Origin: Catajapyx aquilonaris
Taxonomy: Eukaryota
Length of the DNA stretch: 50,964 nucleotides
NCBI GenBank assembly: GCA_000934665.2
Contig: JYFJ02002780.1
Coordinates: 1 to 50,964, forward strand
Direction of reading: 5' to 3'
In this document: in pieces, positions 49,684-50,964 of the stretch
How the letters are laid out: every line of letters begins with the position of its first letter
How positions within the stretch are numbered: the stretch's first letter is position 1
Notes under the pieces: model-generated
Databases searched by the model: none
Told to the model about the DNA's origin: nothing
What the model saw: only the letters and a program-made list of their open reading frames with translations
Position numbers and translations under genes: made by a program

Positions 49684-50460
49684 CAGTAAAACTTCTGTAA
49701 GTCGAACTTCCCTAAGTCGAAGTTCTCTACAGGGTGTTTCAGAGTCACGGGACAAGCGCGCGCGAAGGGGTGGGGAAAAATCGTAGGTGTAGACAACCCC
49801 GGTCGGTTTTATAAAACAATTAGAAATACGGCAGTAATCAATTTATTTATTATGGCCGTACGGCGTGACGTCACATCCTTTCTGTTCGAATTGAGTGGCG
49901 CGGACTGGCAGGTTGAACCTGGTTGAATGGCTTTTTAGCCTTGTGGGTTGCACCGGAAAAGGCTCTCTCATGCTACACCGGGAGGGTACTGTACAAAGTA
50001 CTAAAGTAGTGTACAGTAATGTGTTCAGTACCCTGCCGGTGTAGCATGAGAGCGCCTTTCCGGTGCAACCCGCAAGGCTATAAAGTCGTTCAACCAGGTT
50101 CAACCTGCCAGTCCGCGCCACTCAATTCGAACAGAAAGGATGTGATGTCATGCCATATGGCCGTAATAAATAAATAGATTACTGCCGTATTTCTAATTGT
50201 TTTATAAAACCGACCGGGGTTGTCGCCACCTACGATTTTTCCCCACCCCCTCGCGCATGCTTGACCTGTGACTCTGAAACACCCTGTATAAGTCGAAGAA
50301 AATGTTGAGTTTGGTTGGTCACAATGCAAAATAATAGGAAATAAACTTCCCTAACTGGAATTTCTATAACTGGAATCTCTCCATAAGTTGAAGGGCTGGC
50401 AGGGCCTTACGATGGGATATCAATGCATTTTCAGTCTCCCTAAGTCGAAGTTCATGTTGG
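49684..50460. mobile_element. pogo/Tigger-like element left portion
   Basis: TA|CAGTAAAACTTCTGTAAGTCGAAC terminus; repeated TAAGTCGAA/TAACTGGAA motifs resume after 50288; right end not seen. Confidence 0.6.
49730..50286. mobile_element. Tc1/mariner-type fold-back MITE (557 bp)
   Basis: TA|CAGGGTGTTTCAGAGTCAC...GTGACTCTGAAACACCCTG|TA; arms ~265 bp. Confidence 0.9.
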
Positions 50461-50964
50461 CGAGTACGGAAAATTTTCTCATTTCCCAACCAAACCCGTA
50501 CAAATAATAACAGCTATATTTACCCATTCATGGAAAACACTATGAATGTGTTGCGAACAATTTTACTCCTAGAAGTTCCTAAATTAATTTTCAAAAAGAC
50601 CACCTTTAAAACTCGAAATTCAAGTAGCCTACTACCGGCCAACTGTTAGGCTGATTTAATTATGAAATACGCTAAGATATATGGAACAGCAACCTTAAGA
50701 AGCGTGCCAGACGAATTTGCTGAAATCGTCGTACTTTCCGAGAAATAAATTAATACTTATTTGCGGCTTTTTGACAGTTCGGAAACCTCCACCATTGATT
50801 TACTTCTCGCAAAGTAAGACGATTTCAGCAAATTCATTTAATACGGTTCTCAAAGTACATATTTAGGATATGGGCAATTCCACGCGTTACGTACAGACAA
50901 TCGGAAGCTGTGTTGAGGTGTTTAGGAGTCCACCGCGGCTAGGTACTTGCCGTAATAGATTAAC

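Overview
Eukaryotic genomic DNA, inferred to be arthropod and probably a non-dipteran insect (near-identity of the actinin to insect alpha-actinin, insect-type SINEs). Three spliced protein-coding genes were reconstructed by hand. (1) A minus-strand, 6-exon gene for a cyclic-nucleotide-binding-domain protein (CNBD2-like, ~418 aa, 3016-7361) that the ORF track shows only in fragments. (2) A complete alpha-actinin gene on the plus strand (probable TSS ~8604; CDS 14415-40341; 893 aa). It has a 16-kb first coding intron, two mutually exclusive 86-nt exons, candidate micro-exons and one minor-spliceosome (U12-type) GT-AG intron. (3) The 5' end of pecanex (first coding exon 46749-46901) directly downstream, with candidate uORFs in its leader. 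Introns and intergenic DNA carry tRNA-derived SINEs of several families, MITEs of hAT, PIF/Harbinger, piggyBac, Kolobok and Tc1/mariner/pogo type (including a six-element nested stack), long palindromes, a minisatellite and microsatellites. No CRISPR array, rRNA or true tRNA gene was found. The most notable observations are the U12 intron, the splicing cassette at the actin-binding-domain/neck boundary, the actinin-pecanex adjacency and the hidden CNBD gene.
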